In this document: one piece after another, positions 29,201-36,669 of the stretch | Layout: the number at the start of each line of letters is the position of its first letter | How positions within the stretch are numbered: position 1 is the first letter of the stretch | Source: Flavisolibacter sp. | GTDB taxonomy: Bacteria > Bacteroidota > Bacteroidia > Chitinophagales > Chitinophagaceae | Assembly: GCA_017745135.1 (NCBI GenBank) | Contig: JAGIAB010000001.1 | Coordinates: 1-47,204, forward strand | Direction: 5' to 3' | DNA length: 47,204 nucleotides | Notes under the pieces: model-generated | What the model saw: the letters and a program-made list of their open reading frames with translations, nothing else | Database searches by the model: none | Told to the model about the DNA's origin: nothing | Translations under genes and position numbers: made by a program

Positions 29201-30385
29201 AACCGAAGCGCCGGAAATCGTTAAATTCACCAGGTTGAAATAATCCTGGGCAGTGCCAACATTCCAGGAATAATAAACGCGGAAGACATCAATTTGTTTG
29301 TTGGCAAAAGTTGAAAAATTAAGATTATAATTAACCTGATACACACCAACGCTGTTATGCACCGGCGTGCGGGCTACTTCAGTAGCACCGGCATATCCAA
29401 CGGCATAAACATTATAAAAATCATTGTGTAACGCCGGTGTAGAGGTATTATAATAATCATACTCACCTACAAGCGACCCGGTTATTTTGAAACTGCCTCC
29501 GTTTTTTACTTTTACTTCCAGGTAAGAAGTACCTGTTGTTGTTGTTCTAGAGTCCCGCATATACACCCCAAATTCATCCGCAGAAACACTTTCCTGGGTA
29601 GCGTTTCCAGGGACTCCATTTTTGCCAGAAATCAGGAAAAAACCTTCTGATGTAGTAGCCGTGCCATCGGCATTCGTTGCCGCATTGGCAAATTTATATA
29701 CGCCATCAGGGGGTGTAGTTTGCAACAGGCTGTTATAGCCGGCAAGGTCCAGGGCATTTGCGTTGATGGCAGCCGTCTGGTATTCGAGTATCCAATTGCC
29801 GCCCAGCCTTTCCGCTCCGGTAATATCAACGGAAGCTGCCACCTGCGTCTGTAACACGGCAGCCATCTTTTGTATAAAGCCGGCACCGGTTCGTCCCTTT
29901 GCCACCTCACAGCCATACAACAAAAAGCTGCCGCCGACCCTTAGGCTACGGCCCCATTGACGCAAAGCATCTGTATGTTCAGGCAGGTTGGACCAGTCAA
30001 GCTTTTCGCTTCCCAGGTGCAAGGCACCGGGCCTCCCGTGCGAAATCAGGTGCACGGCTTCCAATCCCTGATAAGTACGCAGGATCTCAGATATCTGCTG
30101 TATCGCAGATTGTTTGCTGTTGAGACGGTACACCAGTATATTTTTTTCAATATCCCTGGTTAAGGTTTCCTGGTCTGCTACATCGGCTGTTATGAAAACG
30201 AGTTGCTGGCCAGCCCTGGAAGAAATACCTGTTGAGGCAAAAATCAATAGTGAGGTCAGAAGAAAGATCAGCAAATACAGAACAGATCGCAGGAACTTTC
30301 CCTTGCTAAAATTATTTATTCTAAAAATGGAAGATGGGGATTTTACCCTGGCCAATGAAGCTGGACGCACAGAAAGCTGTCTCAT
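23273..30385 (-). CDS. Large T9SS-secreted adhesin (DUF4347, cadherin-like, Ig-like, many MBG repeats, T9SS CTD)
   Basis: HLISHGRPG…LYGCEVA…GGNWILE (DUF4347); NANLSNL.LSSGTL.P.F; repeated LTITA..K.YG; IFPNP…GLYAIRL C-terminus. Confidence 0.93.
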   Translation of the reverse strand: MRQLSVRPASLARVKSPSSIFRINNFSKGKFLRSVLYLLIFLLTSLLIFASTGISSRAGQQLVFITADVADQETLTRDIEKNILVYRLNSKQSAIQQISEILRTYQGLEAVHLISHGRPGALHLGSEKLDWSNLPEHTDALRQWGRSLRVGGSFLLYGCEVAKGRTGAGFIQKMAAVLQTQVAASVDITGAERLGGNWILEYQTAAINANALDLAGYNSLLQTTPPDGVYKFANAATNADGTATTSEGFFLISGKNGVPGNATQESVSADEFGVYMRDSRTTTTGTSYLEVKVKNGGSFKITGSLVGEYDYYNTSTPALHNDFYNVYAVGYAGATEVARTPVHNSVGVYQVNYNLNFSTFANKQIDVFRVYYSWNVGTAQDYFNLVNLTISGASVTPPPPPATISTNANLSNLTLSSGTLNPVFAASTTSYTASVSNATSVITVTPTVAESNATVTVNNTSVTSGSVSGPISLAVGSNTITVKVTAQDGVTTNTYTIIVTRAAAPGVLLSSSPTITFSNSTGFGDNIAEDGEGGSTAISDFNIQVMPINSSGAKLTADPLQFHSGAEASWSGYPPIITYGANNPHYGWSIKSDNGAEFSLVSLDFFDWGNWDGATFVAQAFRDGSSLGTVTFTGNTNGNMVGLTNAAQLTSIFRNVDEVRVYQQGGVNSYIALNNIRVTTPSVSLPTVTSINTASANPTAATSVNYTVTFSASVSGVSASNFSLSGTASNASISAVSGSGTTWTVSVNTGSVDGALKLSLANATGISPGIGTALPYSGQQYTIDKTSPTVAITSNQSQLKAGETATITFTFSEDPAATFTNADIVVSGGTLGAITGSGTTRTAVFTPMANVNGGTASITVAAGSYSDAAGNNGGGGLSPVLSFDTQAPTVTSITRADANPTAATSVSFTVSFSEAVTGLDASDFTITTTSGNAAGTVASVTGGGTTYTVTVDNITGAGGLRLDLNNSGTGITDTYGNAVSGGYTSGQSYTIGFGPATISFSALPVKTYGDADLAPGATSTNSATTITYTSSNTLVATIVSGKIHIVGAGTAIITASQPAGNGYSAATDVQQTLTVNPATLTITANNQSKVYGSVNPAFTASYNGFVNGDNASSLTTQPTFTTTATTSSSAGNYAITVSGAVSFKYIISYVAGNLTVTPAALTITANDQTKTYGAGVPALTASYSGFVNGDNPSNLTVQPIVTTIATTTSMVGNYTILVGGAASSNYTINYVSGSLTIVPAPLTITATNVTKTYGQTLTGGTGSVAFIPNGLMNGETIGSVTIAYGTGASATDAVGTYTNQVTPGAATGGTFNPANYSITYAKANIIVGAAASIITFAALPAKTYGDADFAPGANSTNGVISITYTSSNTSVATIVSGKIHIVGAGTTTITALQAADANHSAANDQQQTLTVNKAALTAIADPQTKVYGQANPVLTVHYSGFVGSDDASKLTTQATAGTTALTDSPVGAYTITVSGGTADNYTINSYQTSSLTITPAALTITANNRSKVYGADVPALTASYSGFVNGDNASSLATAPTLSTTATAASAVGDYTITPSGAVASNYAISYATGTLSVTPATLTITADDKTKVYGLAVPALTASYSGFVNGDDASGLTTQPVLATLATISSGVGTYAITASGAVASNYTISYVSGTMTVSAAQPVITFGSLPVKTYGDTDFDAGATSDNASTPVMYSSDNTAVATIVNGKVHVVGAGTANITASQASDANHTAATDVIRQLTVNKATITITADAKNKTYGESDPALSYQITSGALVGNDNFTGSLVRDAGEDAGNYLINQGGLALNGNYTLTYNSADLTINKAAITVTAAAKTKTYGQSDPVLTYHVSSGALVGTDTFTGSLTRDPGENAGNYAIRQGTLALDANYILTYTGASLIVNKASLTITAEDKTKTYGENNPVFTASYSGFVNGDNSSSLAVQPTFTTTAATTSPVGNYVITTSGAANPNYTISYVAANISVIPAALTITADNKTKVYGDADPALTYSVTGLVGSDAVTGSLVRTPGNNAGTYAIQQGSLSASSNYVISYQGASFTITPKPVTVAADAQTKIYGQPDPLFTYSISPVLLNGDVLNGTLSRTAGENAGSYAINQGSLNHPNYALSFTGNALTINKAAQQITWVQTLVAGCDGSTSITLSATASSGLPVSYQSANTAVAATNGAQLQIAGPGSSMIIATQPGNNNYLPAAEVQQELLSKLPAHLLVKRWDDVLVFDNSSNQYTAWQWYKNGVAINGATGQYYYESGKLNGDYYAVVKTAAGVTMQTCPVTITAGATFVPISIFPNPAAPGQTITVKTGYSAAQLQGATIVVTNMLGAVVQTVQNVTPQTTITMPFAQGLYAIRLKLANGVTASVNALVKP

Positions 30386-30839
30386 AAGTGGTACGTGTTA
30401 GTTTTTATTGGTACTTGGCCATAATTACCATCAACATAAGATACTGGATATGGCGCCGCAAAATTACGAAAACAGTATAAGAAGAAAATCAGGAGAAATA
30501 CTTATTGAAGAAGAAAAAGCTCTGCGTTTTTCCCGACTTGCAAGGTCGCGGACGAAAGTCAGCCGAATCTTGTTACAGAGCAACTGCCATTACTGATGGA
30601 TGATCATTGAAGTAATTCCTTACAACTGGTCTATTCTCCCGGCTTTATAAATTTTATTTTTCTATAAGCATCATTTGATTCATCCCGATTATTCAAATAA
30701 CTATGATGCTAACACGTATCGCGACAAAAAATGCGGGTTTTTTCCTTTGAATAATTGCCCGGCTTTCCTACATTAGTAACCCTTCAGCGCTTTCATTCTT
30801 AACCGTCCTGTCCTTAAAACGGAGAACCATTTCCTTGCA

Positions 30840-31031
30840 ATGAAACTGATCATCCTGTTCTTTCCGTCAGCGGACAAACTAATCAGGTTCCGGCTGGCTA
30901 TCAATCCAAAGGTTGTTGAAGAGAACCTTCACGCAAGAACATTGTTTTGCTGTTGTAACGAAGATCAAATGGAACTGGCAGAATATGTATATGGGGCAAG
31001 CATCTTCGAAATGCAGGGCTCTTTAAACTGA
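30840..31031 (+). CDS. Small hypothetical protein
   Basis: 63 aa, ATG start, protein-like composition (TLFCCCNEDQMELA); upstream TACATTAG resembles a -7 box. Confidence 0.55.
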   Translation: MKLIILFFPSADKLIRFRLAINPKVVEENLHARTLFCCCNEDQMELAEYVYGASIFEMQGSLN

Positions 31032-31224
31032 TTATTTTCAATTATTACCGGGCAATACCAATGCTCACTTCTATAGCAGTTTGAGGCTGCCGTTATGAAT
31101 TAGTCTGATAAAGCCTCTCCGGCTGCAATGACAAATGTCCTCTGCATTTCTTTTACACTACCTGGTTTCAAACGGTGAGAGAATGAGCAGCTTTTTCAAC
31201 TTCTAGAACACCTGTTGCCGCTAT

Positions 31225-31485
31225 CTATTCATTCAGGTTCTGGTGTTCGCAAATCATTTCTTCAATTTGGTGTTCCATACCTTTTACCCACCGCGGAGGT
31301 TGGGGAGCTTCAATGATCTTCCAGCGGCCGTTCTTCTGCTCCATTAAAAAATGAAAATTTTCACCACCCCTTTTAAGCACAGTTACATGGTATTTCTTTT
31401 TGTGTGGAGAAATGATACAGTCAAAACTAAAGTGTAAAAAGCCCTGGTCTTTGGTCATCAAAACATGGGTGAAATGCCCTTCCAT
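31225..31485 (-). CDS. Small hypothetical protein
   Basis: Probable start MEGHF; YHVTV…F.MEQKNGRWKI…P.WV. Confidence 0.65.
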   Translation of the reverse strand: MEGHFTHVLMTKDQGFLHFSFDCIISPHKKKYHVTVLKRGGENFHFLMEQKNGRWKIIEAPQPPRWVKGMEHQIEEMICEHQNLNE

Positions 31486-31782
31486 GGATATGATTTGGAA
31501 GTAAAATAGAAAGGAGAAAGTAGGATTGCAATGGCAGAGCCTGCCAGTTTTCCATCTTCTAATCAAAATCTAATCTGCTTGGCTTTTCGGCATAAGGGTT
31601 TGTATTCACACCCTGCTCTTGCCTCCACCTCCATCAGCCTTCCTCCTGATTATCAGGATAGGCAATTAATAACTGAAATTATGTTAGAAAATTAAAATAA
31701 ATCCAGAGATGCAGCCCGATCCTTTCATCAATTCTGCCTTGCCGCATACACAAAGACAGGTTGAAAATTTCCTGTCATTCAA

Positions 31783-32259
31783 TTAATTATTTTTTCTCCA
31801 TTCCCAGGGCGGGGTTGGACTGGGCTGCGACCAAAGGCCTAAATGGTTTGCCCGTGCAGAGTTTTCTAACTGTTGCCATTCAGGGTTCTGGTCATATTTT
31901 GTATAATGCCAGGCTAACCCTGCTTTAAGCATTTCTGTGTTTATGCAGTTGTTTTGTTCATCGTACACCAGCGCAACTATTCTTTTGTAACGATCAATAT
32001 CCTTCTGTACCACACGAACGGTTTTACCGAATATAAGATCACTTAACTTTTGTTTGGCTACCTGTCCGAAATCTTGCTTTTTTTCCGGGCAGTCGATGCC
32101 ATGAAGCCTGATTTTTATTTGTTTGTTTTCATTGGATAAGAGTGTGAACGTATCGCCGTCGGCTATACTCACTACCTTGCCGTAAATAGTTTTAGAATCT
32201 GTCTCCGTGCTGCATGATACTACATGAAGAAATACAATGAAAAGAAAAAGAAGTTTCAT
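31783..32259 (-). CDS. Thermonuclease (SNase) family lipoprotein
   Basis: Lipobox VVSC; DGDT, IRLHGIDCPE, DRYKR, GLAW, GLW…PWEWR. Confidence 0.95.
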   Translation of the reverse strand: MKLLFLFIVFLHVVSCSTETDSKTIYGKVVSIADGDTFTLLSNENKQIKIRLHGIDCPEKKQDFGQVAKQKLSDLIFGKTVRVVQKDIDRYKRIVALVYDEQNNCINTEMLKAGLAWHYTKYDQNPEWQQLENSARANHLGLWSQPSPTPPWEWRKNN

Positions 32260-32556
32260 AGGCATGCATTTATATCGTTTGCTTCATCATTTTGTCGAAT
32301 TAAGTTCATTCAATCTTTACAAATTAGTTCTTGCATAAGTCATCTTTTTCTACTGCTGCCCAGATAGACTCAAAAGAGCCTGTGCATGCTTTGTAATGAG
32401 CCTTAGCTTTTTGCTTTGATTGAAAAATTTTTCATGTCTGCTCAGGTCTTTGCTGAAGTATTATACAAAGGTTTGTGGCAACGCCCCAGGCTAAAGATAG
32501 GAATCGGATTTTTTTCAATTGAATTATGATTTGGTAAAGCCAGGCTCCCGTGCGAG

Positions 32557-32655
32557 GAACACGGATGACACTGATTGAACGGATTTACACGGAAAATCTG
32601 TGAGCATTCCTCTCATCAACGCCATCCGTGTTCTTTGGATGCATCCAAAGTTTAC
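32557..32655. repeat. CACGGAT-type hairpin repeat, copy 2 (interior inverted relative to copy 1)
   Basis: gaacacggatg…catccgtgttc followed by tttggatgcatccaaa. Confidence 0.8.
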
Positions 32656-32661
32656 GATTGA

Positions 32662-33420
32662 ATGAGCATAGGAAATATTCGTTCACTGGCTGGCGCAGGA
32701 TTTTTATGCAATGCCTATGTGCGTCCCAAATCTTTCCTTCAACGATATTTTAGTCAATTGCCCATCGGCCTGCTGTTGGTTATAAGCCTGTTTGCAGGCG
32801 CCCTGTTTTTATTTGGGTACATCGCTCATGAAGTGTTTGCGGAAAATGAAAAGAATTTTGATGATGCCGTATTCCAATTCGTATCCTGGCATATAACCAG
32901 TCCAAAACTCACCCCTTTTATGAAAGGAGTGACCTATTTTGCTTCTGCCAGTTTTTTGCAAATTGCCTATGCCTGTGTATTGCTTTTTTATATTGTCCGT
33001 AAAAAATTCAAAAGAGCAGCTGAAATTTTTGCAATTGGCTTTGGTGGGTTCTTATTGAACTATTGTATGAAATTGTTCTTTCACCGCCCCCGGCCCCCTC
33101 ACCCGCTGATAGCGCCGCTGCAAAATTTCAGTTTTCCCAGCGGCCATGCCACTTCAGGTTTTATTTTTTACGGACTGCTGGCCTATTTGTTCTGGAAGAC
33201 AAAAATTTACACTCCTGTCCGGTATATTGTGATCAGTTTTCTCATCCTGTTTTCGCTGCTGATAGGATTTAGCCGCATTTACCTGCGACTGCATTATCCC
33301 AGTGATGTGCTGGCCGGATTTTGTACCGGGTTTGCCTGGCTGCTGATCTCGATTTATTTGTTTGAACTGCTTAAGAAGAAGGCGGGCAAAGAAATTTCTT
33401 TAAAAGCCGATAAGAAATGA
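32662..33420 (+). CDS. PAP2-family membrane phosphatase
   Basis: K…RPRP, SFPSGH, SRIYLRLHYPSD; start uncertain. Confidence 0.94.
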   Translation: MSIGNIRSLAGAGFLCNAYVRPKSFLQRYFSQLPIGLLLVISLFAGALFLFGYIAHEVFAENEKNFDDAVFQFVSWHITSPKLTPFMKGVTYFASASFLQIAYACVLLFYIVRKKFKRAAEIFAIGFGGFLLNYCMKLFFHRPRPPHPLIAPLQNFSFPSGHATSGFIFYGLLAYLFWKTKIYTPVRYIVISFLILFSLLIGFSRIYLRLHYPSDVLAGFCTGFAWLLISIYLFELLKKKAGKEISLKADKK

Positions 33421-33511
33421 GCCGGATTTGCTAAACTGGCCTGGCATTATATTTCCATGGCTATTGAAACCACACCCGATCAAATCATTAATAAACCCTA
33501 ATTCATTTATT

Positions 33512-33994
33512 ATGAAAGTAACTTCTGCGTTAGCCGGAGGATTGGCAGGAACTGTTACTGTTGCCTCCCTGCATGAAGCTTTAAGAAGAATCACCCCTAA
33601 TGCGCCCCGCATGGATCTTCTTGATATGGAACTGATTCGAAAAGGTTTGAAAGCTATCAATAAAAAACAGCCCTCGCAGGAGGGACTTCAGCGATGGGCC
33701 GTAGGCGGTGAGCTTATCAGCGATACGGCTTATTACGGACTGGCAGGAATAGGCGGCAAAAAATCTGTATGGCTAAGAGGAGCCTTGTTAGGGCTTGCAG
33801 CCGGCATAACGGCTGCTGTTCTGCCAAAGCCACTTCATCTTCATGAACAGGCCAATAAAACCTTAGGTACAAGTCTTATGACCATAGGATTGTATTTAGC
33901 GGGCGGACTGGCAGCAGCAGCAATGGCGCAACTGGTAGAAAATGCTCAAACGAATGATGAAGATGTAGAAGAGTTTTCAGAGGGCATCTTTTAG
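33512..33994 (+). CDS. Conserved membrane protein of unknown function
   Basis: GGLAG…HE…APRMDLL…; three or four TM segments; probable start MKVTSAL. Confidence 0.8.
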   Translation: MKVTSALAGGLAGTVTVASLHEALRRITPNAPRMDLLDMELIRKGLKAINKKQPSQEGLQRWAVGGELISDTAYYGLAGIGGKKSVWLRGALLGLAAGITAAVLPKPLHLHEQANKTLGTSLMTIGLYLAGGLAAAAMAQLVENAQTNDEDVEEFSEGIF

Positions 33995-34069
33995 AACTTT
34001 CTGGTGCTAAGTTGATGCTTTGTACTATCGGCAGGGCCACCGGCAAAGGCTATTGAAATGAGAGCTGCC

Positions 34070-34615
34070 TTATTCTGCTCCGCTGCTGTGTTCTACCCAA
34101 AGCAGCCTGGAAATATCAAATCCCCACCCCCTTGCTTTTTGCAGGTAATCCTGCTTTACACGATCCGGAATGCTTTTTTGACGGGAAAGAATCCATAAAT
34201 AATCACGGTTTTTGCCACATACCAGCGCATATTGATAGTCCGGGTCAATGGCGATAACATTATATCCTGAATAAAACGGGCCGAAAAACGAAACCTTGAG
34301 CTTTGCTATATCGGGTGCAGTAACAAACTTCGCTTTGCCGATACTCTCCTTCCATTTTTGAGCCCTGTAATCATAACCACGGTTGATTACTTTTATGGTC
34401 CCGTCTTCATTCAAGGAATAGTTGGCGGTAACATTGTTTAATCCCCTCTCAAACCGGAAGTCGAACCGTGCCATTTCATACCAGGCGCCCAGGTATTTGT
34501 TCAGATTAAAGGGTTGTATTGCCTGAACATTTTTAGGGATGGTTCTGCACGATTTCATCAACACAAAAGCGCCTGCTCCAACCAAGGTAAACACGATGAT
34601 GTTTTTCCTGTTCAT
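34070..34615 (-). CDS. blc: Bacterial lipocalin (Blc-like lipoprotein)
   Basis: KYLGAWYEMARFD, LKVSFFGPF, DYQYALV, YLWILSR. Confidence 0.92.
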   Translation of the reverse strand: MNRKNIIVFTLVGAGAFVLMKSCRTIPKNVQAIQPFNLNKYLGAWYEMARFDFRFERGLNNVTANYSLNEDGTIKVINRGYDYRAQKWKESIGKAKFVTAPDIAKLKVSFFGPFYSGYNVIAIDPDYQYALVCGKNRDYLWILSRQKSIPDRVKQDYLQKARGWGFDISRLLWVEHSSGAE

Positions 34616-34919
34616 GACAGTACTATTAAGCAAGACAACATTAAAAAATTATACCCGGCCTGTTTGTAATGTACCCGGTTGCACCAGGGTTTTATGTCAA
34701 TGGTATCATCTCCTGCACTATCTTTTAAGTAAGAAATCTTTGTACGGTTCAACGATGGATTGAATCTGTGTTTGTTCTTCAGCGCAGATGTCACGAGAGC
34801 TTCAAAAGGAGAAAGCTGCAATTGATTTCTTATTTAAGATGCATCAGGTTTTTAGAATCAATAGTGAATTAAATTGCGGTTGAGCCCCGATCAAAATGAC
34901 TAAAACATAAAGTCTGTTT

Positions 34920-36539
34920 ATGAAAACAAGAGTATTGGTATTTGTGTTTCTATTGACAGCCGCGACAGCCTGTAAAAAAGATTCGGGCGGAGGAGGAACC
35001 ACGCCTCCTCCGCCTGTGGTGGAAACAGCCCCATTAAAGTCGGCGGCAACCTTTCCAATTGCTGTGGCGGGCAGTTATGGAGCTTTTATCACCAATGCCA
35101 CTTCATCTGCCATACTGAAAAGAGACTTCAATGGTATCACGTTTGAAAACGAAATGAAAAACAATACCATTGTCAATAGTTCCGGCGAATACAATTTCAG
35201 CACAGCAGATGCCATGGTATCTGCTGCGCAGGCGGCTGGCATCAAAATACATGGACATGTTTTAGCCTGGCATGCCCAAATACAGGGCGCCTATTACAGG
35301 AGTCTTTTGAATGCAGCCGCACCCGGCGGTACCAACCTTGTTCAAAACGGGGATTTTGAAAGCGGGGATGCTACCAGTTTTACTAATTTCTCTGTTTTAA
35401 ATAGTGGCAATCCTGCAGGAACCGCTACGATAACGGTTGGCACCGGTGCCAATGAAATACGCACAGGCAGCCGTTCACTGAAAGTAGTGAACCCTACTGC
35501 TTACAACACGGAACAATGGCGGGTACAGGTGGTCACTGACGCCATTCCACTTGCCGTGGGGAAACAATATCAAATTAGCTATTGGGTAAAAGCAGCCAGT
35601 GCAAACGGCTCCATACGGCTTTCTACCCTTTCACCTTTTTCCCTGTACCAGGCCGACCAGGCCATTGGCACTTCCTGGCAGCAGGTAACCTGGCTGATTA
35701 CTGCCAATCAAGCGCAAACGCGTATTTCGTTTGATATGGGACGTAACAGCAACACCTATTTTATTGATGATGTAAGCGTACATGAAATGGTCACTGCTGG
35801 GGGAACCGGCTACAATTATGCAAAAGTGGATAGCCTGCTGAAAACCACCATTCAAACTATTGCCGGTCATTTTAAAGGAAAGGTGCGTGGCTGGGATGTG
35901 ATCAATGAAATGTTTAGCGATGGTCCGGCAGGGGCAATTAGAAACAATACAAATACTGCCAACGCTACCAACAACGATGTGTTTGTATGGAGCGAATACC
36001 TGGGCCGCGATTTTGGAGTGAAAGCATTTACCTACGCGGCTGAAGCCGACCCGGATGCCAAATTGTTCATCAACGATTACAATCTTGAGTTTTCTACCGC
36101 CAAGCTGGATTCACTCATTGCTTATGTAGCAGAGATCAGGGGTAAGGGAGCTAAAGTAGATGGGATAGGCACCCAAATGCATGTAAGCATTAATACCAAT
36201 AAAGACGCGATCGATAACCATTTTAAAAAACTGGCCGCTACGGGTTTACTGGTTCACGTCTCAGAGCTGGATATTGGTGTGAATACCAGCAATGCAACAA
36301 GTATCACTTTTACGGATGCACTGGAAACTACCCAGGCCGAGATGTACAATTATATTATCACTTCCTATATGCGCAATGTACCCAAGGCTCAACGCTATGG
36401 TGTAACCATTTGGGGTTTGCTGGATAACCAGAGCTGGCGACATAAGAACGGTGCCGATTATCCGCTTATTTATAATGCATCCGGTGCTAAAAAGAAAGCG
36501 TATGAAGCGGTGTTGAATGCATTAAAATCGGGACTGTAA
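34920..36539 (+). CDS. GH10 endo-1,4-beta-xylanase lipoprotein with an inserted CBM4-like module
   Basis: Lipobox ATAC; FENEMK, HGHVLAWH, WDVINE, INDYN, GTQMH, SELD; insert NLVQNGDFE…IDDVS. Confidence 0.94.
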   Translation: MKTRVLVFVFLLTAATACKKDSGGGGTTPPPPVVETAPLKSAATFPIAVAGSYGAFITNATSSAILKRDFNGITFENEMKNNTIVNSSGEYNFSTADAMVSAAQAAGIKIHGHVLAWHAQIQGAYYRSLLNAAAPGGTNLVQNGDFESGDATSFTNFSVLNSGNPAGTATITVGTGANEIRTGSRSLKVVNPTAYNTEQWRVQVVTDAIPLAVGKQYQISYWVKAASANGSIRLSTLSPFSLYQADQAIGTSWQQVTWLITANQAQTRISFDMGRNSNTYFIDDVSVHEMVTAGGTGYNYAKVDSLLKTTIQTIAGHFKGKVRGWDVINEMFSDGPAGAIRNNTNTANATNNDVFVWSEYLGRDFGVKAFTYAAEADPDAKLFINDYNLEFSTAKLDSLIAYVAEIRGKGAKVDGIGTQMHVSINTNKDAIDNHFKKLAATGLLVHVSELDIGVNTSNATSITFTDALETTQAEMYNYIITSYMRNVPKAQRYGVTIWGLLDNQSWRHKNGADYPLIYNASGAKKKAYEAVLNALKSGL

Positions 36540-36669
36540 TTATTTGCGGTGATCTTGCTTAAGGTTCCTTGGCGAAACCCGGCTACAAAACTAAAACACT
36601 CTGTCTTCTTCAGTTGTTGTAATGCGCTAGCCGACAAAGTATATATTTGCCGCTTACTTAATCATACGG

